Virus record (IMG/VR): IMGVR_UViG_3300021357_000001
Source: a virus
DNA length: 41,043 nt
Reading direction: 5' to 3' (one strand)
Below are positions 24,037-33,502 of this stretch, one piece after another. The notes under the pieces were generated by a model that saw only the letters and a list, made by a program, of their open reading frames with translations, searched no databases and had not been told where the DNA came from. Positions within the stretch are counted from its first letter, which is position 1. Every line of letters starts with the position of its first letter. The translations under genes and the position numbers were made by a program.

Positions 24037-26522
24037 TGGATGCTCTTTCATCCGCATACGACCTCACCCTGCAAGACCTATCCACTTCTCCCACCATCAC
24101 GGTACAGCTAGTCCTCGCTGAAGATGAGGAGAGTGGCCAGAAGATGTTGGTAGAGCAGCGCCACCTGCCTGAGCCGAGTCAGGTCGAAGGGGAGGTGTCT
24201 ACCCATCCTGACCCGCTCGTCGACCTGGTATGGAAGCAGGATGACTGGTCGGGTGGCTGTGGTCAACTCCGGTATGACCGAGAACATCCTAACCGCTACC
24301 TTGGATCATCCGGCATTGATGCGAGGGGAGCAAATGCACTTGGCCCTTGGGTAGCCCGTTCCCCTATCAGCTTGTTTGTCCGAAATGGTAGTGCAGAGGA
24401 TGGTACGAACGGCTGGACAGAAGAGAATGGTGCATCCTTAACCCAACAGACATCCGAAGCACAACAGGGCACATACGGCTTTCGTGTCACCGACTCTTCA
24501 GGTGCCCTCAATGATAGGTTATTCTCCCAAACCCTCACCAACCCAACCGTTTATCAGAGCCGAGAAATTAGGGTCTACGCAAACTGTCGCAGGTCAGCGG
24601 GAGCCGAGGCAGGTATGCGTATCCTCATTAATGATGGGGTTAGTACGACACGCAGTACCTCCATCACTAACGCCGCCTTTACCACGGTCTCTGTAGTAGC
24701 AACTATCGGCGCAACTGCCACTGTGGTGCGTATCGGGTTTGACCTGGACGCCGCAATCACCACCACCCACACCTTCGCTATCGACTCGATAAAGGTGTTC
24801 CCTACTGGTGGAGTTGAGTGGTTTGGCACTACCTCGATTATTCAAGCAACAGTGCGGGAATGGTATAGTGCATTTGGCCGTTGCTTATGTAAGTGGAATC
24901 GAACCACGTCAGTATACGAGGCAGTATACATCGACTCAGCGAACCCAATTACCGACATTCTTGGGTTCGATGGTAATATACTAATCGCATTTGGGAGTGC
25001 TGCACGCTACCGATTTGGAAGCGACACCACCTGGACTCAAGTTAATGTGGCCACTGGAGACTCACCCCGCCAGTTTGCCATTGGCCGTGATAATAATGGT
25101 GCACTTGCAGTCTGGCAGTCCACCGCAATCAACGATACCCGATTGCACTACTCACTTGTTCCGGCCAACGCCACTCCAGGTTGGAGTGGTAATTTGGCGT
25201 GTGGCGATGACAGCCTGCTTGTCACCAACCTATTCTCTTTCCTCGACTCGGTGGTGGCAGGAAAGGAAGAAGGACTCTTCATCTACCGACAAGTGTGGCC
25301 CAATACCGGCACCGCCACCGGAGCGAACAGGATGTTCAACCTACTGCCGGAGTGGGAAGGCTTACCCTCCTCCACCCACTGGCGGACAGGAGTGGCACAC
25401 CAGGGCTGGCTCTACCTTGTGACTTCGGCTGGGTCTCTAGTCCGGTATGATGGGGCAGTATTTGAAGATTTAGCATACCTGTTCGATTGGGTAGGAGGGT
25501 TGCCTGGTGTTGGCGATAATATAGTCAACGCTGTCGGAGAACCAAACGGGAACATACGTGGGCTAGTGAGTGACCTGACTACTCTCTGGCTTCTAGTCGA
25601 TTCACTTGAACAGGGCGACACCACTGCTAGACCAGCCAACCTCTTCACCCTTACCGAGTCCGACGACGAATTTATACTACACCAGGTCGAGAATAGCGGT
25701 CTGGTTACTGTGGCGGAGAGCTTCGCTCCTCTAGGAATTACCGAGGCAGACGGCCTGGCCCTGGTGGATGGGTCGATTCATGTCTATGTGCGTAGGTTTG
25801 CGCTTACCCCAACTAATAATGTAGAGAATTTTAGTAGATACCCATTGCCTATCGGGTCTATGTTCCCCTACATGGACGGGAGCAACGTCACAGTAACCAT
25901 CACCGACCAGGGCCTGGTCACTTCGGTGTGGGATGCAGGACTACCCAGCGAGGACAAGGCGTTCCTGTGGCTTGACTTTTGGACTCGTGGCACTAGCGAT
26001 GCATCCAGTCGTAACCTGACAGTCGAGTTTTCGATTGACGGAGGGGCGTGGACAACCCTTGGTTCTACCAACACCAGTGCAGCTACCATACCAGTCTTAC
26101 GCACCCTTTCTTTCAATGACGTGGCTAGCCCCACTACTGCTGCGGTAGGTGGACAAATCGCATTTCGATTCAGCACTAGCGGCATCGGCGCTGCGACCCG
26201 CCGACTCATCCTCTCCTTCGAGCTTCATGCGGCAATAAGGCCACTGCGCTTTAGGCAGTGGGACTTAACTGCGGAGGTGGGGCCAGAAGTGCTTTTACGC
26301 AACGGCACCTTCGACCCTCAATCCCGCACCACAGTGCTGTCTCGCCTCTCCACCCTAGAGCAGCAAGTCTACCCAATTACTCTAATACAGGACTGGGATG
26401 CAGATGGCACTACCACCTCCATCCCTGTATTTATTCGGGAGTTGGTGAGACTGCCTGACTCGTTGCCTGGTCGGGAGCGCATACGTCTGGTGCTACAGGA
26501 AGCGAGGACGACATCCGCCTAA
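24036..26522 (+). CDS. Large tail protein (nozzle/spike-like, beta-rich)
   Basis: 828 aa from ATG 24036 with a TAATG overlap; the track start is 24027. It is the last gene of the plus-strand module. Confidence 0.6.
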   Translation: MDALSSAYDLTLQDLSTSPTITVQLVLAEDEESGQKMLVEQRHLPEPSQVEGEVSTHPDPLVDLVWKQDDWSGGCGQLRYDREHPNRYLGSSGIDARGANALGPWVARSPISLFVRNGSAEDGTNGWTEENGASLTQQTSEAQQGTYGFRVTDSSGALNDRLFSQTLTNPTVYQSREIRVYANCRRSAGAEAGMRILINDGVSTTRSTSITNAAFTTVSVVATIGATATVVRIGFDLDAAITTTHTFAIDSIKVFPTGGVEWFGTTSIIQATVREWYSAFGRCLCKWNRTTSVYEAVYIDSANPITDILGFDGNILIAFGSAARYRFGSDTTWTQVNVATGDSPRQFAIGRDNNGALAVWQSTAINDTRLHYSLVPANATPGWSGNLACGDDSLLVTNLFSFLDSVVAGKEEGLFIYRQVWPNTGTATGANRMFNLLPEWEGLPSSTHWRTGVAHQGWLYLVTSAGSLVRYDGAVFEDLAYLFDWVGGLPGVGDNIVNAVGEPNGNIRGLVSDLTTLWLLVDSLEQGDTTARPANLFTLTESDDEFILHQVENSGLVTVAESFAPLGITEADGLALVDGSIHVYVRRFALTPTNNVENFSRYPLPIGSMFPYMDGSNVTVTITDQGLVTSVWDAGLPSEDKAFLWLDFWTRGTSDASSRNLTVEFSIDGGAWTTLGSTNTSAATIPVLRTLSFNDVASPTTAAVGGQIAFRFSTSGIGAATRRLILSFELHAAIRPLRFRQWDLTAEVGPEVLLRNGTFDPQSRTTVLSRLSTLEQQVYPITLIQDWDADGTTTSIPVFIRELVRLPDSLPGRERIRLVLQEARTTSA

Positions 26523-26847
26523 AAAAGCGCCCATCCCACCCAGGCAAATCTACAAGCTCGCCTTCTCCCACCCCAGCCAAGTATGCGATGGTGAAGGGGG
26601 TGGCCGCATGATACACTCCCAGCTCCAATTTCAGTGCGGCCCTAATTCGGCGTTCAGCATCCCAAACAGGGGGTAAGCCAAACCAGCCCATTCCTGCTGC
26701 TAGGGTGTGATACGCCGCTTCACTCTCCAGGTGAGTTGCCCAACACGTCTTCTCCCTCACTAACATCTCATCCTCTTGGGCTGCCCCTACGGGCCTTCCG
26801 CACATGGGGCAAAAAGAGTTCAGAAACTCTTGGTAGGTGTACTTCAT
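26431..26847 (-). CDS. Hypothetical protein
   Basis: ATG 26847 is preceded by GAGGGAG. Contains CPMC. The 3' end overlaps the convergent tail gene by 92 nt. Confidence 0.45.
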   Translation of the reverse strand: MKYTYQEFLNSFCPMCGRPVGAAQEDEMLVREKTCWATHLESEAAYHTLAAGMGWFGLPPVWDAERRIRAALKLELGVYHAATPFTIAYLAGVGEGELVDLPGWDGRFFRRMSSSLPVAPDVCAPDQATSQAVSPTPE

Positions 26848-26977
26848 TTTTCTCCCTCTGCTGTCGCCCACATATCACACAGTGCCAACACTCATCAAGT
26901 GGATTCCAGTAACAATTTACATTGGCTGGCGAGAAGGGGGCGCAGTGATTGCACTTTCGCCACCTCTGCTCTAGCAT
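26768..26977 (-). CDS. Cys-rich (zinc-finger-like) small protein
   Basis: 69 aa with CNHC...C...C-x-HC-x2-C. It overlaps the next ORF by about 80 nt. Confidence 0.4.
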   Translation of the reverse strand: MLEQRWRKCNHCAPFSPANVNCYWNPLDECWHCVICGRQQREKNEVHLPRVSELFLPHVRKARRGSPRG

Positions 26978-27189
26978 ATTCCAATGGGTAAGATGTCAGT
27001 GACGCAGGCCCTCGGTATGCACTGCCAATTCAGTATTACGTCCTCACTTATGCCCTGGGCCAATTTCACCACCCTCTCATCCTTAGAGATGAGAAACCCT
27101 ACACTCTCCACCTCCGCCAGCTCAAATATGTCTGGGTTTTGTGGAAACCAACCTGCTGCCGAGCACGTATCTAGCCACTTGACCAGCAC
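26971..27189 (-). CDS. Hypothetical protein
   Basis: GTG 27189 shares one nt with the polymerase TAG stop. The track alternative, ATG 27306, would overlap the polymerase gene by 118 nt. Confidence 0.45.
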   Translation of the reverse strand: MLVKWLDTCSAAGWFPQNPDIFELAEVESVGFLISKDERVVKLAQGISEDVILNWQCIPRACVTDILPIGIC

Positions 27190-28904
27190 TAGATGGAACT
27201 CATGTTGCCCCAGTCCTTTCCCATCTGTATCGCTACAGGTAAGACAATGGGCATTAGTCCCAGTGTCATAGTACCCAGGGTCTGTATTGATTGATTGACT
27301 TGACATTCTTCTACCTCCAACACTAGCTCGTCGTGTATGCTGAGGACAAGTCCGCTGGTCTGAGCAGCTACTCGCTGCATGGCCAGCTTGATAACCGTTG
27401 CGGCTGGCCCACTAATGAGAAAGTTAGCTGCTGCACGTACTGCGGCCTGCCTGTCCAGGGGGCTGGCTGACCAGACTCCTGGGAACATTCTTCTTCTACC
27501 AAACCAGTCCCTTAGCCAGCCCTGCCTCATTACCTCTTCTTCGACCCGCTCCGCATAGCTGGCTAGTCCAGGAAACATCCTGCCCACTTCCACATGAGCC
27601 TGACGTGCCCGATTCAGGTCAATCCTAGCATCTATCTCATGTATCTTTTGCCAGCCACACCCATACAGCCTTGCGAGAAAGTAGGTCTTTGCTGTGAACC
27701 ACTCGACCTCATCCCGCTTCGTAATAGGTCGACCATACAGTAGCTCCCCAAACACGGAATAGGGCGCAACCCCCTGGTCAAACAAAGCAGTCAGGGCAGG
27801 CTCCGGTGCGACCAGTCCAGTAATGCGTGGTTCCTCTTGCCCAATATCTCCCGACACCAACACACACCCTGGCCTCGCCACAATGCACTGACGGACTCGC
27901 TTGGCCCACACTGGGTTGCCATGATGTGGCACTTGTTGCAAGTTTGGTACTGAGCAGGACAGTCGGCCTGTACCTGGAGCATCCCTGGCCATTTCAGCCC
28001 GCTCATAGTGTCCGGCCTGATTGAACTGGGGGTGGAGCCGCCCATCGGCTGACCTTAGCTCCAGGAACGACCTAGTATATCCTTCTAGCTTTGCCATCTC
28101 CTTAAATCCTAGAAGCGAGTCGATGAGAGGGGGGTTCCACTCCCTCACCCCATTCAGCGCCGACTCATCTGTAACAAGCTGGTTCTTTGTCGCAGTGCGG
28201 GAGCTAATTGGGCAGCCTAGCTTCTCCAATGCCCAGGCAAGCTGCTCGTGACTGGCGAGGTTAATGGGGCCAAGGATGGTAAGGGTGGCCTGCCTGTACT
28301 CTTCCTTCCTGGCCAGGATGTCGGAGTGTAGTGTGAGAGTTGCTTCTTCGTTGACCAGGACGCCACGCTCTTCCATACCAATAAGGACGTAGACAAGTGG
28401 CTTTTCCACATCTTCGTAAAGCCAGGTCAGTCCCTCCCTCTCTAGTTGTGGCTGGAGAATGAGCCACAGGCGAAGTGTATTATCCGCATCTCCAGAGGCA
28501 TACTGGACTATCTCGGCAGGCTCCAACTCGCTCATGTCTCTGCCGCCAGTTACCTGACTGTAGGTGATTGGGTCAGTCGAGAGTAGCTGGCGGGTAAGAG
28601 ATTTCAGTCCCGTGCTCAAATATCCTAGTAGGTAGGCTGCAATTTTCGTATCCTCGAAGGGATATACTTTGATGCCAAGCCTGTTCAGTCGGCCCAGGTC
28701 AAACTTGGCATTGTGAAAGACCTTCACCCATTCCCCCGATTCGAGTATGTCTTGCATGTCTGGGCCAGGCACGCCTTCCACATACGCCGCCCTGCCTGCC
28801 TCAGTCGCTAGGGAGTATCCTATTATCTCCGCCTCATGCACAATGAACTTGCCCAGGCGGGTTGGGCTGGTCGTTTCGGTATCGAAGCCGAGTAGTCTAG
28901 GCAT
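27189..28904 (-). CDS. Family A DNA polymerase with 3'-5' exonuclease domain
   Basis: Exonuclease motifs are FDTETT and YASGDAD. Polymerase motifs are A (LVSGDIGQEEPRI), B (FTAKTYFLARLYGCG) and C (SIHDELVLEV). Confidence 0.9.
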   Translation of the reverse strand: MPRLLGFDTETTSPTRLGKFIVHEAEIIGYSLATEAGRAAYVEGVPGPDMQDILESGEWVKVFHNAKFDLGRLNRLGIKVYPFEDTKIAAYLLGYLSTGLKSLTRQLLSTDPITYSQVTGGRDMSELEPAEIVQYASGDADNTLRLWLILQPQLEREGLTWLYEDVEKPLVYVLIGMEERGVLVNEEATLTLHSDILARKEEYRQATLTILGPINLASHEQLAWALEKLGCPISSRTATKNQLVTDESALNGVREWNPPLIDSLLGFKEMAKLEGYTRSFLELRSADGRLHPQFNQAGHYERAEMARDAPGTGRLSCSVPNLQQVPHHGNPVWAKRVRQCIVARPGCVLVSGDIGQEEPRITGLVAPEPALTALFDQGVAPYSVFGELLYGRPITKRDEVEWFTAKTYFLARLYGCGWQKIHEIDARIDLNRARQAHVEVGRMFPGLASYAERVEEEVMRQGWLRDWFGRRRMFPGVWSASPLDRQAAVRAAANFLISGPAATVIKLAMQRVAAQTSGLVLSIHDELVLEVEECQVNQSIQTLGTMTLGLMPIVLPVAIQMGKDWGNMSSI

Positions 28905-29016
28905 GTCTCAAGCACTCCTCTAGCAGCGCTATCGACTTACGGTTGTTGGCAAGCCGTGCTTTATTTATACGCCGCTGAGATTTCTGGGCACGCCGCTCGC
29001 CCTTTAGTTGAGCCAT
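28897..29016 (-). CDS. Possible 39-aa basic protein
   Basis: Not in the ORF track. Translation is MAQLKGERRAQKSQRRINKARLANNRKSIALLEECLRHA. It overlaps the UDG stop by 13 nt and the polymerase start by 8 nt. Confidence 0.25.
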   Translation of the reverse strand: MAQLKGERRAQKSQRRINKARLANNRKSIALLEECLRHA

Positions 29017-29630
29017 GCAAGAACCTCACTACTACTCAGTAGCTCGTACTTAGACTCTGGCTCCAACTGTAACGTTAATTGCCCTTTTAGTTTAGTCCAG
29101 TCCTCAACGATAATTGGCCAGAGCCCAGGCTTGTGGAGGCTGGCTGCGGGGTGGTACATGGTGACGAGGGTATAGGTGGTGCCCTTGTGGGTAATGGGCT
29201 GGGCCTTGCCGTGGTCGAGGCCGAGATGCAGGCCAGGGTCAAACGCACGGCCTGCCTTCTCCCCCAGCGTAATGATGACTTGTGGTTTCACCAAGTCTAA
29301 CTCCCTGTCCAGCCATACCGTACACGCATGTATTTCGGAGATGCGTGGCCGACGGTTGCCTGGTGGCCTGTGCTTGACTAGATTGGTCACGTAGACCTCG
29401 GCACGCTTCCTTCCCACCAACTTGTCGAGGCACAGCCACAGGCGCTCGCCCGACTTCCCAACGAACGGACGGCCACTTCGGTTCTCCTCTCGGCCTGGCG
29501 CTTCCCCCACCACCATCCAGTCACAGGGTATTGGGCCTTCTCCCCTCACTACCTGGTACGCTTGCTCGTGGAGCGGGCAGGCACGACAAGCCCACAACTC
29601 CTTTCGCAATTCTTCTAGCTGTCCGGCCAT
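29004..29630 (-). CDS. Family-4 uracil-DNA glycosylase-like protein
   Basis: Contains CRACPLHE, GEAPGREENRSGRPFVGKSG and MYHPAAS. The likely start is ATG 29630. Confidence 0.8.
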   Translation of the reverse strand: MAGQLEELRKELWACRACPLHEQAYQVVRGEGPIPCDWMVVGEAPGREENRSGRPFVGKSGERLWLCLDKLVGRKRAEVYVTNLVKHRPPGNRRPRISEIHACTVWLDRELDLVKPQVIITLGEKAGRAFDPGLHLGLDHGKAQPITHKGTTYTLVTMYHPAASLHKPGLWPIIVEDWTKLKGQLTLQLEPESKYELLSSSEVLAWLN

Positions 29631-30037
29631 AGCCCTCTCTGCACCAACAGCCCGATGATTGCATAGTTTGCCAGGTCTTTCCACGCATCCTCAACCATTA
29701 GGTCTTCCCAAGCCTGGCTGGAGGCATGGGGACGACAGAAGCCAAGGCTGCACCCCTCATGTGCGTGTGTTATTCGAGCGAGCTTATCCGACATCCGTAC
29801 CACCACCCCATGTATGCCAGAGGCAACAATGTTAGAAGGCCCGTAAGCCCTATGCCTCTCCAGGAACAGGTCTTGTAACTCTCCAAGCAAGTTATTTAGT
29901 GTTACTTCCAGGTCGGCGGTGGGACGGTTCGTCCCACACCAGTCACCATGTAGTGGTTGTATCCCTATTGTCGTCTCACCAGTAGCGGTGGTCATCTCTG
30001 GTCTGTGCTGATATATTCCTGCCGTTGTTTCGCTCAT
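29615..30037 (-). CDS. All-alpha NTP pyrophosphohydrolase-like (MazG/DUF1599-like) protein
   Basis: Pattern ERHRAYGPSNI...GVVVRMSDKLARI...EDAWKDLANYAIIGLL. Confidence 0.45.
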   Translation of the reverse strand: MSETTAGIYQHRPEMTTATGETTIGIQPLHGDWCGTNRPTADLEVTLNNLLGELQDLFLERHRAYGPSNIVASGIHGVVVRMSDKLARITHAHEGCSLGFCRPHASSQAWEDLMVEDAWKDLANYAIIGLLVQRGLWPDS

Positions 30038-30588
30038 ATTATCGTTATATCCCCCTTCTTCTCTGCTTGAATGAGGCTGCTGCCCTCGGACTTGGGACGA
30101 AGCTGAAACTCATACTTAACGTGGCGGGTGTTGCGGTGTACTATCTCTACTGTGACTGCATCCCCACGCAGCAGGTAGTGCAGCCCCCACCGCTTATCTA
30201 AAATGATTAGCGGGGCTGGCTCCCACACCACCTCACCTGTCTCCACATTCTCCAGGCGATGAGGACTATTTCGTAACGCCCCATACTCCACGTCGACCAC
30301 CTGGCTGGTGAGGTAGAGAGGGCTGGGCCATCCCTGCCTTTGCATCACCACCCGCACTGCCGAATAGTGCATCGCTGGCTCGTTTTCCTTGCGTACCATC
30401 CTCACGTCAGCCAGTAACCCTTTTATCCGCTTGCGACGCTCACCATGTGCATGTGCTGGAATGTTTGGAAACAAGTCGTCGGCTAGGAAATAGGCCAGCC
30501 CATCAATGAGCGAGCCTACCCAGAGCACATCCCCCGCTTCCGGCTTGTACTGCTCCCATATAATTTGGGCCAGGTCTTGAGGAATCAT
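30034..30588 (-). CDS. Hypothetical protein
   Basis: 184 aa with ATGA-type coupling. Confidence 0.55.
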   Translation of the reverse strand: MIPQDLAQIIWEQYKPEAGDVLWVGSLIDGLAYFLADDLFPNIPAHAHGERRKRIKGLLADVRMVRKENEPAMHYSAVRVVMQRQGWPSPLYLTSQVVDVEYGALRNSPHRLENVETGEVVWEPAPLIILDKRWGLHYLLRGDAVTVEIVHRNTRHVKYEFQLRPKSEGSSLIQAEKKGDITII

Positions 30589-30589
30589 C

Positions 30590-30949
30590 CTAATACCCCA
30601 GTATGTCTGAGTCGGTATTGGGCACGTCCTCCTGCCAGTCCAGTACCATCTTTACTATCGAGTTGAACGGAAAGTAGTAGGTAACAAAGTTGCCTGGGCC
30701 TCGTTTTACCCTCACTCCGAATATTGGCCCCAGGGTCATTATACTTTCCACATCCTTTATGACCATTGTTTCGGTGATGGGTGTCCCATCAGCCAGGATT
30801 GCCTTCATGGTTTCTATCTTGAATGTGCCGGTTGCTAGAGCCATAAACCTCCCCTGCCATCCTCCAATTAAGTTTACCGGAGTCTGGGTGGCCCCACTCA
30901 GGGGCCACCCGTTTGAATCCCGCTCTATATCTTTCCTTGCCAGACGCAC
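30590..30949 (-). CDS. Hypothetical protein
   Basis: 119 aa. An alternative start, ATG 30844 after GGGGAGG, would remove the 25-nt overlap. Confidence 0.5.
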   Translation of the reverse strand: MRLARKDIERDSNGWPLSGATQTPVNLIGGWQGRFMALATGTFKIETMKAILADGTPITETMVIKDVESIMTLGPIFGVRVKRGPGNFVTYYFPFNSIVKMVLDWQEDVPNTDSDILGY

Positions 30950-31497
30950 CCACAGGTTGCATCGGGTGCTTCTGGGCCTATCGCCTTGATGCGTGTGTTG
31001 ACTCGCTTCTCGAAGTTCACCATACTCTCTACCAGCTTTACTCGTGCGTAGAAGGTGGTGTGCTCGATAGCCACGCCAATCTCGTTCATCATTGCCTCGG
31101 CGGTCTCGATGCCTGACTTGCTCCGATTTACCTCAGCAAGTCTCCTTGTGAGCAGGATGAATGGGTATGTATCTCCGCTCATAGCGGACTGAAGCTCTTT
31201 CATGCGTCCGTAGAAGAAACGGTGTGCTCCGTCATCCGCCTCGGCCTCGGTCTTTTTTCCATTCCCACCAGTCTTTCCAAACGCTCGGAAGAAGTCACTT
31301 TGCTTCATGTCTTCTTCTACTCCGCACACCACCTTGTACTGTAGACGTAGGTAGGGCAACCCCTCAGCGTCCTTGTGTACCTCATACCCGTCCACGACCA
31401 TGTGGTATGTGCCTGCGGGCAGGCCGTCGAACTGGCCATATCCCGTCTCTTCCTCGAACTTACGCAGTTCGGCCAGTATTTCTTCACCTATTGGCAT
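30925..31497 (-). CDS. DUF669-like protein (putative ssDNA-binding partner of the Sak4-like ATPase)
   Basis: The N-terminal pattern LPAGTYHMVVDGYEV...GLPYLRLQYKVVCG resembles DUF669. The gene lies near the Sak4-like gene. Confidence 0.45.
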   Translation of the reverse strand: MPIGEEILAELRKFEEETGYGQFDGLPAGTYHMVVDGYEVHKDAEGLPYLRLQYKVVCGVEEDMKQSDFFRAFGKTGGNGKKTEAEADDGAHRFFYGRMKELQSAMSGDTYPFILLTRRLAEVNRSKSGIETAEAMMNEIGVAIEHTTFYARVKLVESMVNFEKRVNTRIKAIGPEAPDATCGCVWQGKI

Positions 31498-31766
31498 ATA
31501 CTCCCTCCATTTTCTACTGTTATGGTCTCGTCTTCGACTGGGTAGAGTCTGGGCAGGTACGGGAGCTGGGGTGGATAACCAGTCAGCTTGATGTAGTCCT
31601 CGAAGATGGTCAATATGGCCTTTTCACAGACCTCAGAGTCAAGCTTCCTGGTAAACCCATTCCACCATTCCCTACCAGCCATCACTACTTCGGTACACCA
31701 GGCATCATACCTGCCAAGTAGCTCCCACAGCACCTCTTGAGATTCACTGTACGTCTCATTCAGCAT
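31488..31766 (-). CDS. Hypothetical protein
   Basis: 92 aa, overlapping both neighbours by about 10 nt. Confidence 0.5.
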   Translation of the reverse strand: MLNETYSESQEVLWELLGRYDAWCTEVVMAGREWWNGFTRKLDSEVCEKAILTIFEDYIKLTGYPPQLPYLPRLYPVEDETITVENGGSICQ

Positions 31767-32526
31767 TTTTTCCCTCTAGGGCTTGCATAATATCAGACCA
31801 GTTCGGGTTGTCCAGATAGCCTGGATGCCCTGCTGCCAACAACCTATGCTCCCAGCAATTCTTCACGAAATAGTCGTTGCCGGAGACAAGGTGGACTCGG
31901 TGGGTCGGCACCTCGGTCAGCTTCCCACCCCTCGTCTGCTTGGTCATCAAGGTATCACAATGTAGCACCAGGTTGGCGTAGTTGGGCATGTTGAACTTTG
32001 TCCACCTGCCACTGATGCCAGGATAATACTCGCTGGATAGGAAGTCTGGGTCGCCCTCGACAAACACCTCTCCCTTCTTATTCAGTATGTCGTCTCGCTT
32101 CTTGTCGATGCGGGCCGTCCAGATGGCAGTGCTAGCTAGGGCGATTGGGCTGGTCAGCCTTGTTATTGCTACGAACGCATCTTTCAGCCCTTTATACTGG
32201 GTCATGTTGTCCTCGCCCTCGTGGTCGTGTAGGTACAGCAAGCTCCACTCCGAGTATCCATCGAACACCCATGGCCCAATCTGCTCTCCCTTCCTTATCT
32301 CAGCCAGCGCAGCCAGCATGTATGCAGCAAACTCCTTGTGAGTGGAGAATTGATGTATGTTTGCTTCTGGGACTAGCACAGCAGGGTTGCTCTCCGCACC
32401 GAACCTAATCCAGCGCCCGTTCGATGTTAGCTCGCCGGTGAGTGGGTTGCAAAAGCTGGTTAGGGCGGTGTAGGTCTTGCCAGACCCACCAAACCCGTAC
32501 AGTATCGCACTAAGATTCATTTTCAC
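31756..32526 (-). CDS. Sak4-like RecA-fold ATPase (AAA_24-type)
   Basis: N-terminal P-loop ILYGFGGSGKTYTA, about 250 aa, placed between the nuclease gene and the DUF669-like gene. Confidence 0.65.
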   Translation of the reverse strand: MKMNLSAILYGFGGSGKTYTALTSFCNPLTGELTSNGRWIRFGAESNPAVLVPEANIHQFSTHKEFAAYMLAALAEIRKGEQIGPWVFDGYSEWSLLYLHDHEGEDNMTQYKGLKDAFVAITRLTSPIALASTAIWTARIDKKRDDILNKKGEVFVEGDPDFLSSEYYPGISGRWTKFNMPNYANLVLHCDTLMTKQTRGGKLTEVPTHRVHLVSGNDYFVKNCWEHRLLAAGHPGYLDNPNWSDIMQALEGKNAE

Positions 32527-33358
32527 CCCCTTTTTCTGGTTCCAAGTTTATCACAACGTTTGCTTGCCTGTCAACCCTTCTGTGCCAATTAGTTTCAATC
32601 TCATACTCCCAGTCCCCTCCAGTCAACCGTATCTCGTCTATGTCACGGTATGGACAATAGAGACAATGCCAGCCCTCGCTGGGTGCGGTTGTGCTACCTA
32701 CACTCCTTGCCTTCTCCAGCATCAAGCCTCTAGTCTGCTCCAGTATTGGGGCAATCATCTTTGGTTCTTCTACCCAGGCCAACCCCCGCTTCTCCGTGCT
32801 AACGATAATGTGCTGGTAGAACACATCACTTGTCTTGTAATAGTCTGCCAGTAGCACCGCATAGAAAGGTAGTTGCAGGTTGTAGGTTGACTCGACCTGC
32901 AACTTGTTGCTCCACTGGTAGCCCTTGCTTCCTGTGGTCTTGAAGTCGGTGACAAGGATTTGGCCGGTGGGGAGTAGTCCATACAGGTCGGGCTTGCCCA
33001 CTACCTCGTACTCTCCATACGTTACGGAGATGAGCTGCTCAGTCACCGGATAGAGAAGGGAGAGTGCATCCCAAGGCATATTCCCTACTGCCACGGCTAG
33101 CTTTGTTTCCGCCGCCACTGTCTGCTCTGGGTGGTTGGCCTGGATGTAGAGTCTTGCCGCACTTAATACCGCCTCTCGGTCAGTCAGCCCGCTCTCCATC
33201 CCAAAGTGTATTGCACTACCGACGATTGGGGCGATGGCCGAACCGGATGGGTCGTTGCGTACGAGTCGGCGTTGCCACTTGTAGTCCCATTTCCAGGGGC
33301 ACTCTCCCCAGTCCTCAAACTCAGTTATACGTACTTTTTTCATTGGGTGACTCGCCAT
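32510..33358 (-). CDS. PD-(D/E)XK Cas4/RecB-like exonuclease with Fe-S cysteines
   Basis: One N-terminal Cys in ECPWKW. Catalytic motif GKPDLYG...ILVTDFKT, then QLPFYAVLL. C-terminal CLYCPYRD. The start may be ATG 33343. Confidence 0.7.
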   Translation of the reverse strand: MASHPMKKVRITEFEDWGECPWKWDYKWQRRLVRNDPSGSAIAPIVGSAIHFGMESGLTDREAVLSAARLYIQANHPEQTVAAETKLAVAVGNMPWDALSLLYPVTEQLISVTYGEYEVVGKPDLYGLLPTGQILVTDFKTTGSKGYQWSNKLQVESTYNLQLPFYAVLLADYYKTSDVFYQHIIVSTEKRGLAWVEEPKMIAPILEQTRGLMLEKARSVGSTTAPSEGWHCLYCPYRDIDEIRLTGGDWEYEIETNWHRRVDRQANVVINLEPEKGGENES

Positions 33359-33492
33359 GCCACCTGAGTGCCAAAGTTGAACTGGACTGGCGGCTCCAAA
33401 CCCATATACTCAGTAAACGCTTCCGCATCCACACTCTCCCCAAATATCGCAGTGTCCAGTATCTCCCTCATTGAGCCAAATTTTCTTGCCAT
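33340..33492 (-). CDS. Possible 50-aa acidic protein
   Basis: Not in the ORF track. Translation is MARKFGSMREILDTAIFGESVDAEAFTEYMGLEPPVQFNFGTQVAWRVTQ. It has an ATGA overlap with ATG 33343. Confidence 0.3.
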   Translation of the reverse strand: MARKFGSMREILDTAIFGESVDAEAFTEYMGLEPPVQFNFGTQVAWRVTQ

Positions 33493-33502
33493 GACCTTGA
33501 AC

